DNA of 64,000 bases, filler included, from Lenisia limosa (GCA_001655205.1; 11 parts of 11 records of this genome joined end to end with filler, not necessarily neighbours in it); one strand, 5' to 3'. Shown: positions 22,070 through 35,683, counted from the whole stretch's first letter. A program made the numbers and translations. Notes: generated by a model not told the origin, from the letters alone.

Positions 22070-25000
22070 CCCCACCCCATTCCAACAGCAGGGTGCACCA
22101 CTGCCAGTCGGCCTCCTAACGTGCCCACTATCAACCGTCTGCAAGAGGGGATGAGATAATATATATGGGGGCGGGGGGAGACAATTGGAAAATTTATGAA
22201 GCAAATAATGGTTTTGAATTCAGAAATAAACACGTAAATACATGCGAGGTAAAGATAGAGATCAAAAAGCACCCCTCCCACAACACCCCCCCCCCNNNNN
22301 NNNNNNNNNNNNNNNNNNNNNNNNNNNNNNNNNNNNNNNNNNNNNNNNNNNNNNNNNNNNNNNNNNNNNNNNNNNNNNNNNNNNNNNNNNNNNNNNNNNN
22401 NNNNNNNNNNNNNNNNNNNNNNNNNNNNNNNNNNNNNNNNNNNNNNNNNNNNNNNNNNNNNNAAGTTATATCATTCTGACTTGCAAGGCTTGACCCCCAG
22501 ATCAGTCTACAATTAATGAAATATGCACATGTCAGATACTGGGATAAATCTTGACGATATGCTCTCTGATCTCCCAAGGAAAATCGGTTAATACTTATCT
22601 TGGTTACTGTATAGTATATGATATCAACATATGTATAGAGGAAAATATGCGTATGACTGCCCCCCGATACTCAGTTGGTATTATGTTCCTCTGGTGTGCA
22701 TGGCGGTCAAAAAGCTGAATCGCTGAAGATGCCAAGCCACAAACGGACGTTCCTTCTCCGCCTATTGAGGGGGGGGGGGGNNNNNNNNNNNNNNNNNNNN
22801 NNNNNNNNNNNNNNNNNNNNNNNNNNNNNNNNNNNNNNNNNNNNNNNNNNNAAGCGAAAAAAAATATATCAATTAACTTGCCAATTCAGGCACACAGCAA
22901 AACCGAAACATAAACAAATATAGCATTACCCTACATAGCATAAAGCAAAACATCAAACTATTGGCAACTATAACAGACAAAAAAAGACAAGCATAACGTA
23001 CCTATTGAAGCCCAAAGCATCCGGTGCACGTCGGTTCTAAAACCATTAAAGTAGCAAGGGGGAGGGGTAGTAAATGGTTTGGACGAAGAAGGAGGACCAT
23101 AGTTTAAAAAGTTTGATAGCTTTCAGAGGATTTGATTTGAATCCTTTGGATAAAAAGTTGCTTTTTTGATTTGAAAACTACGTAACATGATATATCATAT
23201 ACATATGATAGTAAAAAACACAAGAAGCAAGGATAGCCCCCTAACGTTGGTTCATTGAACAAGAGATAGGATTTGTGGAGACGTAAGAGGCACATAGTAG
23301 GCCCGGTCGAGGTCCACACTAATCGGCCCACTCTATCACTGCCTAGGATGGGAGTAAATTGGAGAATGTGTGGAAAACAAACAAATAAAAAAAATCAACT
23401 CTGGAGGCGAGTAACCCATGAGTGCTGAAAACAACAAAACAATTAAATTTATAAGCACTATCACCACAAATACAACATAATCTGACCGAAACGTCCTCAT
23501 CATCACGTTTATAAGCTATAATTCATATTGGTTAAAGAAAAGATTGAAACAAAAATGATTCATGGTTTGTCTTCCCCCCCCCNNNNNNNNNNNNNNNNNN
23601 NNNNNNNNNNNNNNNNNNNNNNNNNGTAACAGTGAATTGGAAATTATTAACAAGAGTCTGTGTTAAATTTGTGATTGTGATGGTATATTTCAGGTAAAGA
23701 GGATCGTAGTAAACAATGATAGTAACACGTGTTTCAGGTGAGGCTAATTCCACTTTTGAATTAGTATTTCGAAATTTGATTTCAATTTTACAAAAAAAAT
23801 AAAAGAAGCGCCAGAAAATTTAGAGATCAAAACGCAAAATACATACAGAAAGAATGAAAAAGGTTGGTTCTCTACCCCTGAGATCGCAGGATTGCTGATT
23901 TTTCGAGGATCGTTTGTCAAATCGAAACTTGTAATTTGTTTCGAAATGTTACAATTCGAAACCCAAAATATTTCCAACGAAGATCCCCCAAATACACCTA
24001 ACATTTGACAAGTTTTTAATTGCCCTTTATATGTATCTGATGCAGGAACCCCCAGGACGAACATCTCAAGAAAGAAGCAGCACGGAACGTAAGTGCGCTA
24101 ATTTGATTTCAAGATGGAAATTGGTCTTGTTCTGGTTTGCTCTGAGGAAGAATACGCAGCGTTGTTTATTGCCCTGTCAGTGTTTGATAACGGATTACTA
24201 CCTTTCTTTCTCAATTCCTCTCATTCTGAAAGTCTTTCTTTCTCGCTTCCTCTCATTCTGAAACCAGCAATCTTGCTATCTCAAGGGTAGAGTATGTAAT
24301 TCATTCAATTATGATACACTTTATTATTAACCAAAACGGTGGCATATGAAGATCTAAGATATCAACAAGAGGGGAGTATCAGAAAAACAAAATGGGGGGG
24401 GGGGTAAAAAAGTTAATTAGGTAAATAAAACCGAATACTAAAAGAGTATCCATCCAGCTAACTGCGACGCAATCATGGCGCTATCAGGCCAGGGTCCCTG
24501 GTGCCCGGTTTCTCCTGGAATATAAAAATCATGGGAGGGGGGGGGGGNNNNNNNNNNNNNNNNNNNNNNNNNNNNNNNNNNNNNNNNNNNNTTAATTAAT
24601 TAANNNNNNNNNNNNNNNNNNNNNNNNNNNNNNNNNNNNNNNNNNNNGGGGCAATAGCAGGGAGGCGATTGTATGGAGGGTGGTGGAGTCTATAACATAT
24701 AACTGGGGTCTAAGCAGGAAGAAATAGATGATAACAGCGATGAAAAGATGTATGTTTGAATATTTATAAATACTCAGATGAAACAGGTATCCGCTGACCA
24801 AAGCATTCCTCAGGACCAAAGTTGAAAGATGCACTGTGTTCGGAGTAATGTCCCTATACGGTTAATCTTGGTGACACAAAAATCCATATATCAGCGGGGG
24901 TTTTTGGAACATTGCGAACCCCTATCAGAATCATTTCACCTGACTATCAAATCAAATGTGGTCAGAGAAAAAATCAACAAAAATGTGCACATATTTTACT

Positions 25001-25963
25001 GAAACTAGAACAAGAAGAAATGTCAAAAACAGATGGCTTAGCAAACTTCTTTGGAAAAAAAGATAATTTGCATTTTTATATCAAATATAAACTCATTTTT
25101 TTGATTACCCATCAAGCCAACCGTAGTACATGGACCGCACTGATTCTTCGCATTTTCAAACTAAACAGTAAGAATCATTCTAGAGAATGATAAAGATGGC
25201 TAGTTCACTACCTTCTAGTAGATTGAATATCTTACAATTTTACAATATAGTAACATATCGATTTCATATATATATCGCAATACTCAATCCTATGGTAAAA
25301 ATATGTATGTATATTATACAATATATCATATATTACTACATATTGCTTGTCTTCTCTCCTGTAGTATTCATCTGTACCTTGTTCAAATACACGTATTACA
25401 CGAGCTTCATTATCTTGCCAACCTGAGTGGCTGTTTTCTGACAGTTTTGTCGGTTGATTGAGGCGCAGTCAGAGGGTGCTGCGTCGCAAGGCTCTGGAAC
25501 AAGTAAGTGGCGCTTTACCCCAGTTCCAAAAAAATCTTTAGAATCCCCCAATATTAAAGATCATCAAAAAGTTTCCTAATTTAGAGAAATGCAAAAGTCA
25601 CGTGAAATCCACACGAACCAGCACAAACGGAGTTTCCATATGCGTTTTCCTCCGATTTCTCGGCAAAATATCCCTGAAAACATGAGAGAGAAAGAGGATA
25701 AGCCTCACCCCAAACCATCCTCAACTTTTTTCATCATCCGAATCTAAGGTTCCTTCGCATTTACCAGGAGCGAGTACACCCCAACCCCCATCCCACACAC
25801 GCACATCCCTACCGGTTTACAGGCGCCACAGAGGTTGGGGACAGGCGAGTCTTCGCTGCATGCCAGACGATGGAAGGCCGAGTCACACACCGATGCTGGG
25901 TTGGCAGACTTGCAGTCTCCAGCAAAGCCAAGCCCGAGAATGCAGAGGAAGACAAAGGCAAAG
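22070..25963 (-). CDS. Orphan secreted protein with N-terminal Cys-rich repeats; multi-exon, start codon and 3' end not located
   Basis: Minus-strand GT-AG exons: FAFVFLCILGLGFAG-DCKSANPASVCDSAFHRLACSEDSPVPNLCGACKP, GYFAEKSEENAYGNSVCA, EPCDAAPSDCASINRQNCQKTATQ, KNQCGPC. Further exons at ~24450-24515, ~23280-23335, ~23000-23040, ~22670-22765 and ~22070-22140. Confidence 0.55.
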
Positions 25964-26471
25964 CTACAGCGTGTTAGATGGATAAATCGCTTACAGTGAC
26001 CGCATATTGTGGTGGAACCACACGGGAAATGTTTTTCTTTTTGTTTCTTCCAAGTTTCTAATATCAATACCCGCTAGCTTTCAGGAAGGCTAATGTGCTC
26101 TTTGTCCAATCTAAGGAAAGTGGAAACTAACACGATTCCCCGTCCTCCGTCCTTAAAATAAGATAATACAACTGTACAAATCTAATCAACTATGATTCTG
26201 CCAAAAGGACTGAAAGGGCGAAAAAAACTGGAGAAGGTTGCATCGCCGCCGGAGAAACTACAACCGGCGAAAGCGCGCTTTTTCACTCCTTTCTTTTGCA
26301 TTCGTACCTAATAACAAGTTCAAATTAAAAATAGAATGAGGAATTAGCTAAATCGCTTCAGGTAGTCGAATCTCGCCACCCCATGCATAGCACCCCCCAC
26401 TAAGCCTTCTCTTGTTAACGTGAAAGTATAATAGACTCGTTGTAGAAGTCTTTTTTTATTGGTAGTCCAAA

Positions 26472-29400
26472 ATGTCAAGACACAGGGAAATCAGGAACAT
26501 GAACTATAACCGTGAGCAAGCATGTTGTCTTCTTTCTAGTCCTTTGGACTTTCGATGTTCCGTTGTTTCTTTTGAAATTGGAGTTGGATTTTGATTATTT
26601 TTATCAATATCACTTGATATAATATCGGATACCCATGATCTAACCGAGAAGAGTTTGACGACGGTTATGATGATGAGCTATCAGACGACTATGGCTATTC
26701 CCCAGGAACTACTCCAACTTCAGGTGTGGCTCTTCTTATTAAAGCTTCTTCTTATTATTATTCTGGGTAATTTATTAGAGCTTTCTTAATTAAAGCTTCT
26801 TATTATGAGTTATTTTATATTGCCTTCTTCTTCATATTACAGCTACTTTTTAATGTGGATTGAAGATTCTTCTTAATTGCAATTTTTATCCATTTAGCAA
26901 TGTATTTGGTCAAGAGAGACGCAAATGGCAACGTAATAAAAGTAGGCACCAAAGTGATGATAACTTTTGTATGTCTTCAGGATTACATTCTTGCTTTTGG
27001 GTTATATTTCTTTTTTTATTATCTTATTCTTCTTGTCTAGGTTATTCTTTTAGCCTTGTTTTCTTGTTTTCAGAGTTATTCTTCTAGGATTCTGAGCAAT
27101 TAGCATCCTCTCCTCTCAAACAAAGCAGTTTAATGCAAAACTTAGATGATCAACACAAAATTCAGGTGGGTTGTTATTCTTCTTCACTTTTCTTTGTATA
27201 ATAAACCAATTGCGTCCCTATGTATGAAGCAGGTGAGAAGTGATAAGAGATTATTGAAGTCCTTTTTGTTATCAAGTGGAGTAGTCTTGTGGTTATTAAA
27301 GGCATATCTATTCTCTGTGGATGGCTAATAACCTTGAATGAGTTATCAATTTTCAAATTCAGTCTTTTTCTAGTTGTTGAGGATCTGGACATCTAATCCT
27401 TTGTAGTCCGTTTTGGACGTTGTTGGAGACGACGTTGACGAGGGGCGTGTCATTGAAGCTCTTGCTGCGGCCGGCGGCAGTGTTGACGATGCCATCAACT
27501 ACATTTTTGACCATCCGAGTACGCCTTTTTGTTTACATTCTTGACCATCCGAGTTGTATTATAAATATGATATAGTATATCCATATTATCCAAATGATAC
27601 AAGAAGACTGATAAACTGTCGATATTTATCGAGTATGTTTTGAAAAATGTTTCATTCTTTCAGAAGGAGCTGAAGAAGAGCATGATGATTATTATGAGGA
27701 TGACGACGATGATGATATGTTCGATTTTGAGGATGATGGTATGTTTTAAGAAGATTTTGATGATAATGGTGTCTATAATCCTTATTTTCATTTTGATAGA
27801 AGCAATATTGATATAATAAAAAACGCAAAAAGCTGTGTACACAAGTTGTACCAAAAGACTGTGTGAATTAATCGGAACTATCATGAATATATCCCATAAT
27901 TGACGTGAGACAACTTTGACTTCATATAAAATTATTTTATTTCTCATTAATGATTTGGCTCTCCTCATCATTTTAGAAGGGTTCCAAGTCCCAGTCAAGA
28001 ACAATGTTAAAAACAATCAAGCTCAGGTGGGGTGGGGGGAAATGTTCCAATTTTTTATTTCCTCTTTTACATGATACTGTTTGACATATTTTCTCTGTCA
28101 ATCTTCCTTTTATTGAGCTAAATGCTCCCTTCAAATATTTTCTTTGTTCCTTCATACCAGTTGTACTCTCTCTGATCACAATAATTTACCTGTCGATGTT
28201 CCTTTAAACCAATGTTACTCATTATAGGCGAAGAACCAGTCAAAACCTTCGAAGATTGCTGCCAAGCCCAAGCCAGCAGCAAAGGTAGGGAATACGGAGT
28301 AACATTTTAATATCATAGTATATGATATTGATATATCATATATATATATATTTCTCAACAGCTTTCTTGGTTTGACTCTTTCAGGCAGCGCCAGCCCCGC
28401 GTGCTTACAACCCTGATGCAGGTTTGCTTTGCAGTGGAGTCTCTAGTAAATCTGCTTTTGCTTTAGTTTTTACTCATGTTTCAACTCTTAGTCAAAACGG
28501 CTGCAGTAGTTATGCCCAAGAAAACCAAAACCCTTACCATCACTCCCGCTAAAAAGTCAAAATACGAAGAGAAGAAGCTTTCTTCGGGAATTGACGGACT
28601 TGGTCTTGATGAAGGTAGGCAGTGCTTGACTTTGTCAATTTATAACGGTGGCAATGCTTGGCTTTGTCAATTTACAACGGTGGAATAAAGGTTTATCCCT
28701 TTTTATGGAGTGAAATAATGGATATATCTCATACTACAAGGAAGAGGGGGGGGGGGGTTNNNNNNNNNNNNNNNNNNNNNNNNNNNNNNNNNNNNNNNNN
28801 NNNNNNNNNNNNNNNNNNNNNNNNGGAATAATGATATTTTATCGCAGAGGGCGTAATAGGTCACCAAATTGTCCCATTGCTTCTTTTGAACCTTGGCTTT
28901 TCTGATTTCATAAACTTTCAAAACACAGCTACTCACATTTTTAGGGGGAAACGCAGACTATCAGGCAGATGATGATGACCTCATGGGTAAGAAATTGTCA
29001 ATGAACTTCTTTTGGTAGAGGTCTTGTCTCATAGGAAGGCAATAAAATGACCCATTTTCTGAATGGCTTTGAATTGTTAACACGCGAACTGAAAATTATG
29101 TCGTCCCAGGAAGAAAGCAAATAAAGAAAATGATCGTGTTCTTGTTTCGTTTCCAAAATTGGAGTTGTTCCTTTTCTTAAGTTTACTTTTTTCTGATCCT
29201 TATTCAACCTTTTTGATTAATGAGCTTTCACAAAATATACAACTCATATGATAACCATGTCTTTTCTATCCAAAAACTTCAGAGGGTCGCACTTGTATTT
29301 ATCTCACTCTCTTGTCTCACTTTCTTATCTCACTCTCTTATCTCACTCTCTTGTGATATTTCATTTATTTAACTTCGTAGGCGGTGAGATGGACGAGAAT

Positions 29401-32400
29401 GATATGCCTGAAATCCCCATGCCCGAGGAAGAGGTTGTTGAAGAAAAGAAAACATCTGAGAAGTGAGATGGGTTGAAGCTCTATTATATTCAAATATGAC
29501 AATTATTAATATGATTTCCAAAATATTATATTACATAGTAGATAAAGTTATTTTAGAAGTCGCTTTCATCACAAGTAAGTCAATAATAATTATACTATAA
29601 TAACAATAGTACGTCATCTCTATATAATTGTTACATACATAAATTTTCTTTAAAGATTAATGTGTTTCTACAATTTTAATTTTCGCACTCACCTCAATCC
29701 ACTTTCCAAAAGATGCTGAATGTTGAATGCAAGGTGAACGTATTATTCGAATAAAGATTTAATGAGATTCTGGCTTGTTTTTGATTGAATCAAGGTAATA
29801 AACATTCACAGAAATCCGAACCACTCTTTGTCTGACTTTATTAGGAAGAAGTTTGTCATTCCAAAAGGAGTTGTTCAACGCGCAACAGACTACACGTAAG
29901 TGAAAGATCCCATGTGTAGCTAGGGCCTCTGGTGTATACATGTGCATATCATATCTATTATATTTATTGAGAGAGAGGCACACAGTTGTAAGGCAAATGA
30001 TTGGGTGAATTTATTATACATACTATAATTCAATATCTCGTATAAGCTGATGGTGAAGACGGCTTCGATCAGATACAACCTTGTTTTTTTATTTCTTATT
30101 GCTCTATATCATATATTTATAAAGAGATATCAAGGACTTTTCAATCATTTTTTACCATGTTTTCGAAATTGAGACCTTTCAGTCATACACAAAGTACAAA
30201 AATCTCAGTGTTTATCATCATGATATGGACTAATATTATATGATAAGGACTAGTATAAATGTATCAAATATTCTACATATTTTCATTTATATATAATATT
30301 ATCATATGTATATGTGGGTCCTCAAAGCTCCGGACACCATTCAAAATTCCCGGACACATCAAAACTCCCGGACAGCTTGAAGTTAATGCCTTGTATAGGC
30401 CATTGCTAGTGTTTTTGGAAAATCTGATTCGACAGATACAAAGAGAAATGGTCCTCCTAATGTTCCCTCACTTTTTTTTTCAATTTTGAGCAAACGTCAA
30501 AAATCCGTGAATTTGGTCTCCCGGGGGTCCCCCTTTTGCCTTTTCACAGGATTTTTTCTGAATCTTACCCTCTTTTAAGTGTTAAGAAACAAAAATTTGC
30601 ACCCCTCGGAGTATTTGGTTCCGGGTTCCACTTTACTTTGGCTATGTAATGGTGAATTTTGAGAAAATTGCTCAAAATAGCACTGTCTACAAGGGTAAAC
30701 TTTCCCGGATAGTTGCCATTTATTCCTTGAATGTGGCCTTTTATAACGGTTTTTGCTTGTTTTTGACAGTATTTGGACCATTAACAGAGAGCTCAGGGAC
30801 TTAATTTGGTNNNNNNNNNNNNNNNNNNNNNNNNNNNNNNNNNNNNNNNNNNNNNNNNNNNNNNNNNNNNNNNNNNNNNNNNNNNNNNNNNNNNNNNNNN
30901 NNNNNNNNNNNNNNNNNNNNNNNNNNNNNNNNNNNNNNNNNNNNNNNNNNNNNNNNNNNNNNNNNNNNNNNNNNNNNNNNNNNNNNNNNTATACTACAAC
31001 ATGTAAATATCATATATCATATAACACATATATTTTTATACATGGTATATTGTACTACATATACAACATGTATTACTGTATGTATACACATATAATATTT
31101 ATATGATCCATATGTCATATATTCTTCCGACCTCACAGGGATCAAATCAAGGAGGCACTGGCCGCAGAAAAGGTGTCGCTCAATTTGGTGGTCATTGGTA
31201 AGCTTTTAGGAGATTTTGAAACATTGAAATCAGAGCGACCAAAAACATAAGCATAAGGCACGTTTACTGCTTCAATTTTGTGATATTCTGAAGCTGATCA
31301 TCTTTTTCTAGCTTTACAAAGAGCTCTTTGAGCACCAATGACCTTATGTAGGGCATGTTGATGCAGGCAAGTCGACTTTAACTGGCCACTTACTCTACAA
31401 ACTTGGAACAGTGTCACAAAGCTACATGCATAAGTATGCTTGAAGGGATTTGTTCTTATAATAAAATTAATGTTGGAGAGGCGCTAGAGGGATCTTTCAT
31501 AAACAGAGTTGAGCTTCAGTCAGACAAGTAATTGTTATTCTTTCCATTTCTTTGAATTCATAGATTTTTCTTTTACATTCAACATAATCAAATATATCCG
31601 AAGGAGTACCACAAACAAGATGATCATAAAACTGAGCGCCTAACGGTACTTTCAGTTAAAGCTGATGAACTGAGCTGTTGACGTTTTAGGATGGAGAAGG
31701 AGAGTGAGAGAATCGGAAAATCCTCGTTCAAATACGCGTGGCTGGTGGACGAAAACACCGAAGAAAGAGAGCGAGGTAGGGGTACCTCTTTAACCTCCCT
31801 TTACCACCCAAAGCCCTCTTTAACCAACCACAGGAGTGACAATGGACATTGCTCTGACGACTTTCGAAATTGAATCGCGCCGAATATGTCTGCGTGACGC
31901 TCCCGGCCATAAGGACTTTATCCCTGCTATGATCACCGGAACCGCGGCCGCGGATGTCGCTATTTTGGTCGTTTCCGCTCTAACTGGTTGGCCACGATCT
32001 ATTGATTAAAGATCTAATTGCATTTCTATTGCTATGAGTTCACAAATAACTACACCGTTTCTTGATTTCCTTAAGCTACGGATCATAAAGATCTTGAAGA
32101 TCAAAACGAAAATAAAGAATGTTTTCTGTTTTCGTAAGGTAGTGATTGAAACCCTCCCCCCCTTTTTTTTTTGTCTCTTGATTAACCACCCCCAGGCGAG
32201 TTTGAAGCAGGGTTCGGCCCGCGTGGCCAGACCCGTGAGCATGCCGTGTTGGCCAAAAGCCTCGGTGTGATCAGTGTCGTGGTAGCTGTCAACAAACTCG
32301 ATGCGGTGGGGGGTCAAAATGGACAATTTATGAAACAAAAAAAAACAACTTGTTGGCAAGAAACACACAAAAAAGAAACAAATTTCAAGGGGGGGTAAAA

Positions 32401-34252
32401 GGGTTCACAGGGGGTCAATTGAATGTGATTGGAATTTATGGGGCGTGATGATGGTGATATGGGGCGTGATGATGGTGATAAGGGGCGTGATGATGGTGAT
32501 ATGGGGCGTGATGATGGTGATATGGGGCCATTAACACCTATTCCGGGGAGTTTGATGTCATCTTAGTTTTACTTCTTTTTTTTTAGTGTGAATGGTCAAG
32601 AAGCCGCTACGAGGAAATTCGAGAGAAAATGGGCCAGTTCTTAGGAATGGCAGGGTTCAAACCCCAGGATATTATGTAAGCTCATTTGTGGATATTACGT
32701 TATTCAGCCCTTCTGGTTATTCATATTCTCAATTCTCTTTACTCGCTTTTTAAACTTCTGCGGGGAATTTCTTTCATTCATATTTCATGATGGGTGAAAT
32801 TTTGTCCTTTGACTGTCTAGCTTTGTCCCGGTTTCAGGCCTATCTGGCATCAATCTCACACCCGGCACGTCTGTTCCCGAACTATCCAAATGGTATAACG
32901 ACAAAAGCATTGTCGACGTTCTCAGTTGGTGGCGGACTTTATGATTGTTTTTTGGCTTTATAATTGTTAATCTTTGTTATTTATCTTAGATTGATGTACT
33001 AACAAATGTCATCAATGTTCTCGTAGTCTTCCTCTTTTTCAACTGTTTTTTCTTTAAACAACCTTACCTTCTTCTTCTAAGTCGTCATTTCCCAGACACG
33101 CTGCAGCCCGCTTCTCGCTCTATTGACACACCATTCCGAGCCGTAATCACCGATGTGTTCAAAGTCGGTGACTCACTCATGGTCCTCGAAATTTCGATAA
33201 ATATTGATAAATTTTGATTTTAGATATACCTCCTATCAATATTGGAAAATCCATGATAATAGTATGATGTTAGCTTTGTTTATGGGACCCCCATGTGCTC
33301 TTGTATATGATAGTATATGTAGTATGATCTGTAGTATAATATTACAGATATGTATATCATCTAGTGTATTAAGATTTTATTAAATTAAATTCCTGTCTCC
33401 AAAAAAAGATAATTCCTGCAGACCACAGGTCTCGGCGCAACGATCGCGGCCAAAATCGAAAGTGGCAGCGTGGGCCCTGCAGACAAGGTCCTGCTGGTTC
33501 CGAACTATCAAATCGCGACTGTCAAGGGTGGGTTGCTTTGTTGTCTTTGGGGCTTTCCTGTTCGGGGAATATCGCTGTTTGTTAAAGATCGAGTTTCTTT
33601 TTTTTGTGTGCTCTATTTGAACAGAACGATGTTTTGTCTTTTTCGGCTACGTATGATCTCGGGTGAATTAAAATGTTTTCATATAATTTCGGCCAGATAC
33701 TCCTCTTTTATTTCTCATTAGTGATTTTATATTATTTTATTTGCAAAAGACGATAAATGTCGATATATTCTCTTTAAATATTGATTAATCCTCGGTAACT
33801 CTTTTCACAGATAAAAAACTTGTCTTCTTTTTGAAATTGATCTATCCCTGATAGAGAACATGATATGATGTCATCCCTGTAATATTTTATTGTTTTGCTT
33901 TAACTGACACCAACAGCGGTGACCAATGCTGCACGTCCCAACTCTGTTGTGGCTCTGGCTGGCGACACGGTGGAGTTGACCGCCTCGAATATCGACTGGG
34001 ATTGCGTGGCGTATGGGGGGGGGATATCTCTGGTGTTTTCAGGTTTAGTGAAAAGCTCTTGCTCAACCTTTGTTTTCAAATCGAGCCATGCGGTCATACA
34101 GTTTTCCATTGAACCGTTTTTTTCAAGTACTATTCTTTGCTGACTTTCCAGCGCTGGGCACTTTGCCTGTGCTCCCGAAGCCCCCATTTTAGTGACAAAT
34201 CGCTTCAAAGCCCAAGTCGTCGTTTTGAGCGCACCTTGGCCTTTCATGAGAG
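26472..34252 (+). CDS. HBS1: HBS1-like translational GTPase (eRF3/EF-1alpha family, no-go decay partner of Pelota/Dom34); C-terminus lost in an assembly gap
   Basis: N-terminus [13 protein letters not shown] (HBS1-type MxRHR start), then acidic segments, then G domain LNLVVIG|[35 protein letters not shown]|[60 protein letters not shown]. About 20 exons are visible. Confidence 0.93.
29979..30100 (+). mobile_element. Interspersed ~120-bp repeat family C copy (non-TIR; Helentron-HINE-like element or structured RNA)
   Basis: CACAGTTGTAAGGCAAATGATTGGGT...TGATGGTGAAGACGGCTTCGATCAGATACAACCTTGTTTTTTTATTTCT. Near-full copies at 63261-63378 (+) and 59186-59304 (-); partial copies elsewhere. Confidence 0.75.
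30321..30525. mobile_element. MITE family B copy (one TIR plus internal sequence)
   Basis: CTCAAAGCTCCGGACACCATTCAAAATTCCCGGACACATCAAAACTCCCGGACAGCT, plus internal AAATCCGTGAATTTGGTCTCCCG shared with ~9658. Confidence 0.7.
32439..32528 (+). repeat. 21-bp G-rich minisatellite, ~4.3 copies, in an HBS1 intron
   Basis: Unit ATGGGGCGTGATGATGGTGAT repeated in tandem. Confidence 0.9.
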
Positions 34253-35520
34253 GTTGGCTCAAGTAAAAACCCATTATTATAAACTGTGTACACAGAGTTG
34301 TAAGGCAAATGGGTGTAATATTTTTCTATTNNNNNNNNNNNNNNNNNNNNNNNNNNNNNNNNNNNNNNNNNNNNTTAATTAATTAANNNNNNNNNNNNNN
34401 NNNNNNNNNNNNNNNNNNNNNNNNNNNNNNAGCCTTATCTATCGTGTCAGGGCTTATCTTAGTAACTGTACACTTTGTTGTGATATATACAGACATATAT
34501 TTCTTATATTGCTACTTCCTTGTATTGCTACTTCCTTTTATTGATATTTCCTTACCACTCCAGGGATGGTTTGAACTCCAAGATTCAAATACCGACTCTG
34601 TTGTTCAGGTAGGGGGGGGGGAGTAAAATTGGAAAAGTCATGAAAAAAAAAGTTGACTTATACTATATACTATTATATATACTANNNNNNNNNNNNNNNN
34701 NNNNNNNNNNNNNNNNNNNNNNNNNNNNNNNNNNTTGTCATATACAATGATAAATTATGATAGTATATCGATTTTTAGAAAATCATATGTAAGCAGATAT
34801 GATCTTCTTTCCCGAAAAAATGTTATGTTTTCACCAATCAGGTATCGTATTTTGAGCAAGAGACTCTCAACTTTAAAGCGGTTTACTTATCGCAAAATAA
34901 AGTGGGGNNNNNNNNNNNNNNNNNNNNNNNNNNNNNNNNNNNNNNNNNNNNNNNNNNNNNNNNNNNNNNNNNNNNNNNNNNNNNNNNNNNNNNNNNNNNN
35001 NNNNNNNNATGGATGTAGTCGTCATTCGGCCTTCCTTTTGGCACTGGCGTACCTGAGGCTCTGTTGACTGGCGGAAAATACATATCCGTTTGAGGGGACC
35101 ATCTTACTCCTCATGATGTGATTAGGGCTTCACTCCATCCAGAAAATGATTGATTTTCTCGATAAATCATTGATATATTCATATACAGTAACCGTGATAA
35201 GTCCTTGTCCGATTTGCTATATGATTTCCCAGAGAAAATCGGTCAAGACTTATTCCGGTCACTGTATTTCGATAGTTTAGGGATTTTTTTTTGTATCTGA
35301 GCTAAGCCCTAAAAATGTTCTCTCTATCTCTCTATAGATTCTTTATCTCTACTTTTGATCCCTTTAGACTCTATCTCGTCTCCATAGATCCTCTATCTCT
35401 ACTTAACCTCTATAGATTCTCTGCCTAAACCTAACCTGCCCGGATATCGTTTTTTCAGTTATAGAACCGCAAGTTATCGGTAAGGTCTGGCCTTCCATTC
35501 TTTACACCGAACAAAATTGA

Positions 35521-35633
35521 GAGCTTTGCTTTCGATTCCAAAATAGACGAAATCCTCGATAAATCCTCGATAAATCCTCTATAAACCTTCGATAAACTCA
35601 ATACACGTCTTTTGGAACGGAAAGTGAAGCTTA
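35521..35633. mobile_element. MITE family A copy with internal tandem amplification
   Basis: GAGCTTTGCTTTCGATTCCAAAATAGAC...(AAATCCTCGAT)x3-4...GTCTTTTGGAACGGAAAGTGAAGCTTA. Confidence 0.65.
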
Positions 35634-35683
35634 AATATTCGTAACATGGTTATTCTGAGATCACTGATTTCTCACGTTTTCAG

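Noticed and set aside
22675-22770. Plus-strand 'GIMFLWCAWRSKS*IAEDAK...' suggesting TGA read-through at 22716
   Set aside because: The segment is better explained as an open minus-strand exon with proper AG and GT boundaries. Confident genes use TAA, TAG and TGA as stops.
297-34252. HELZ2-like nuclease-helicase and HBS1 as a functional RNA-surveillance gene cluster
   Set aside because: They are separated by two unrelated genes and by three linker gaps, and eukaryotic neighbours are usually not co-functional. It would need synteny evidence.
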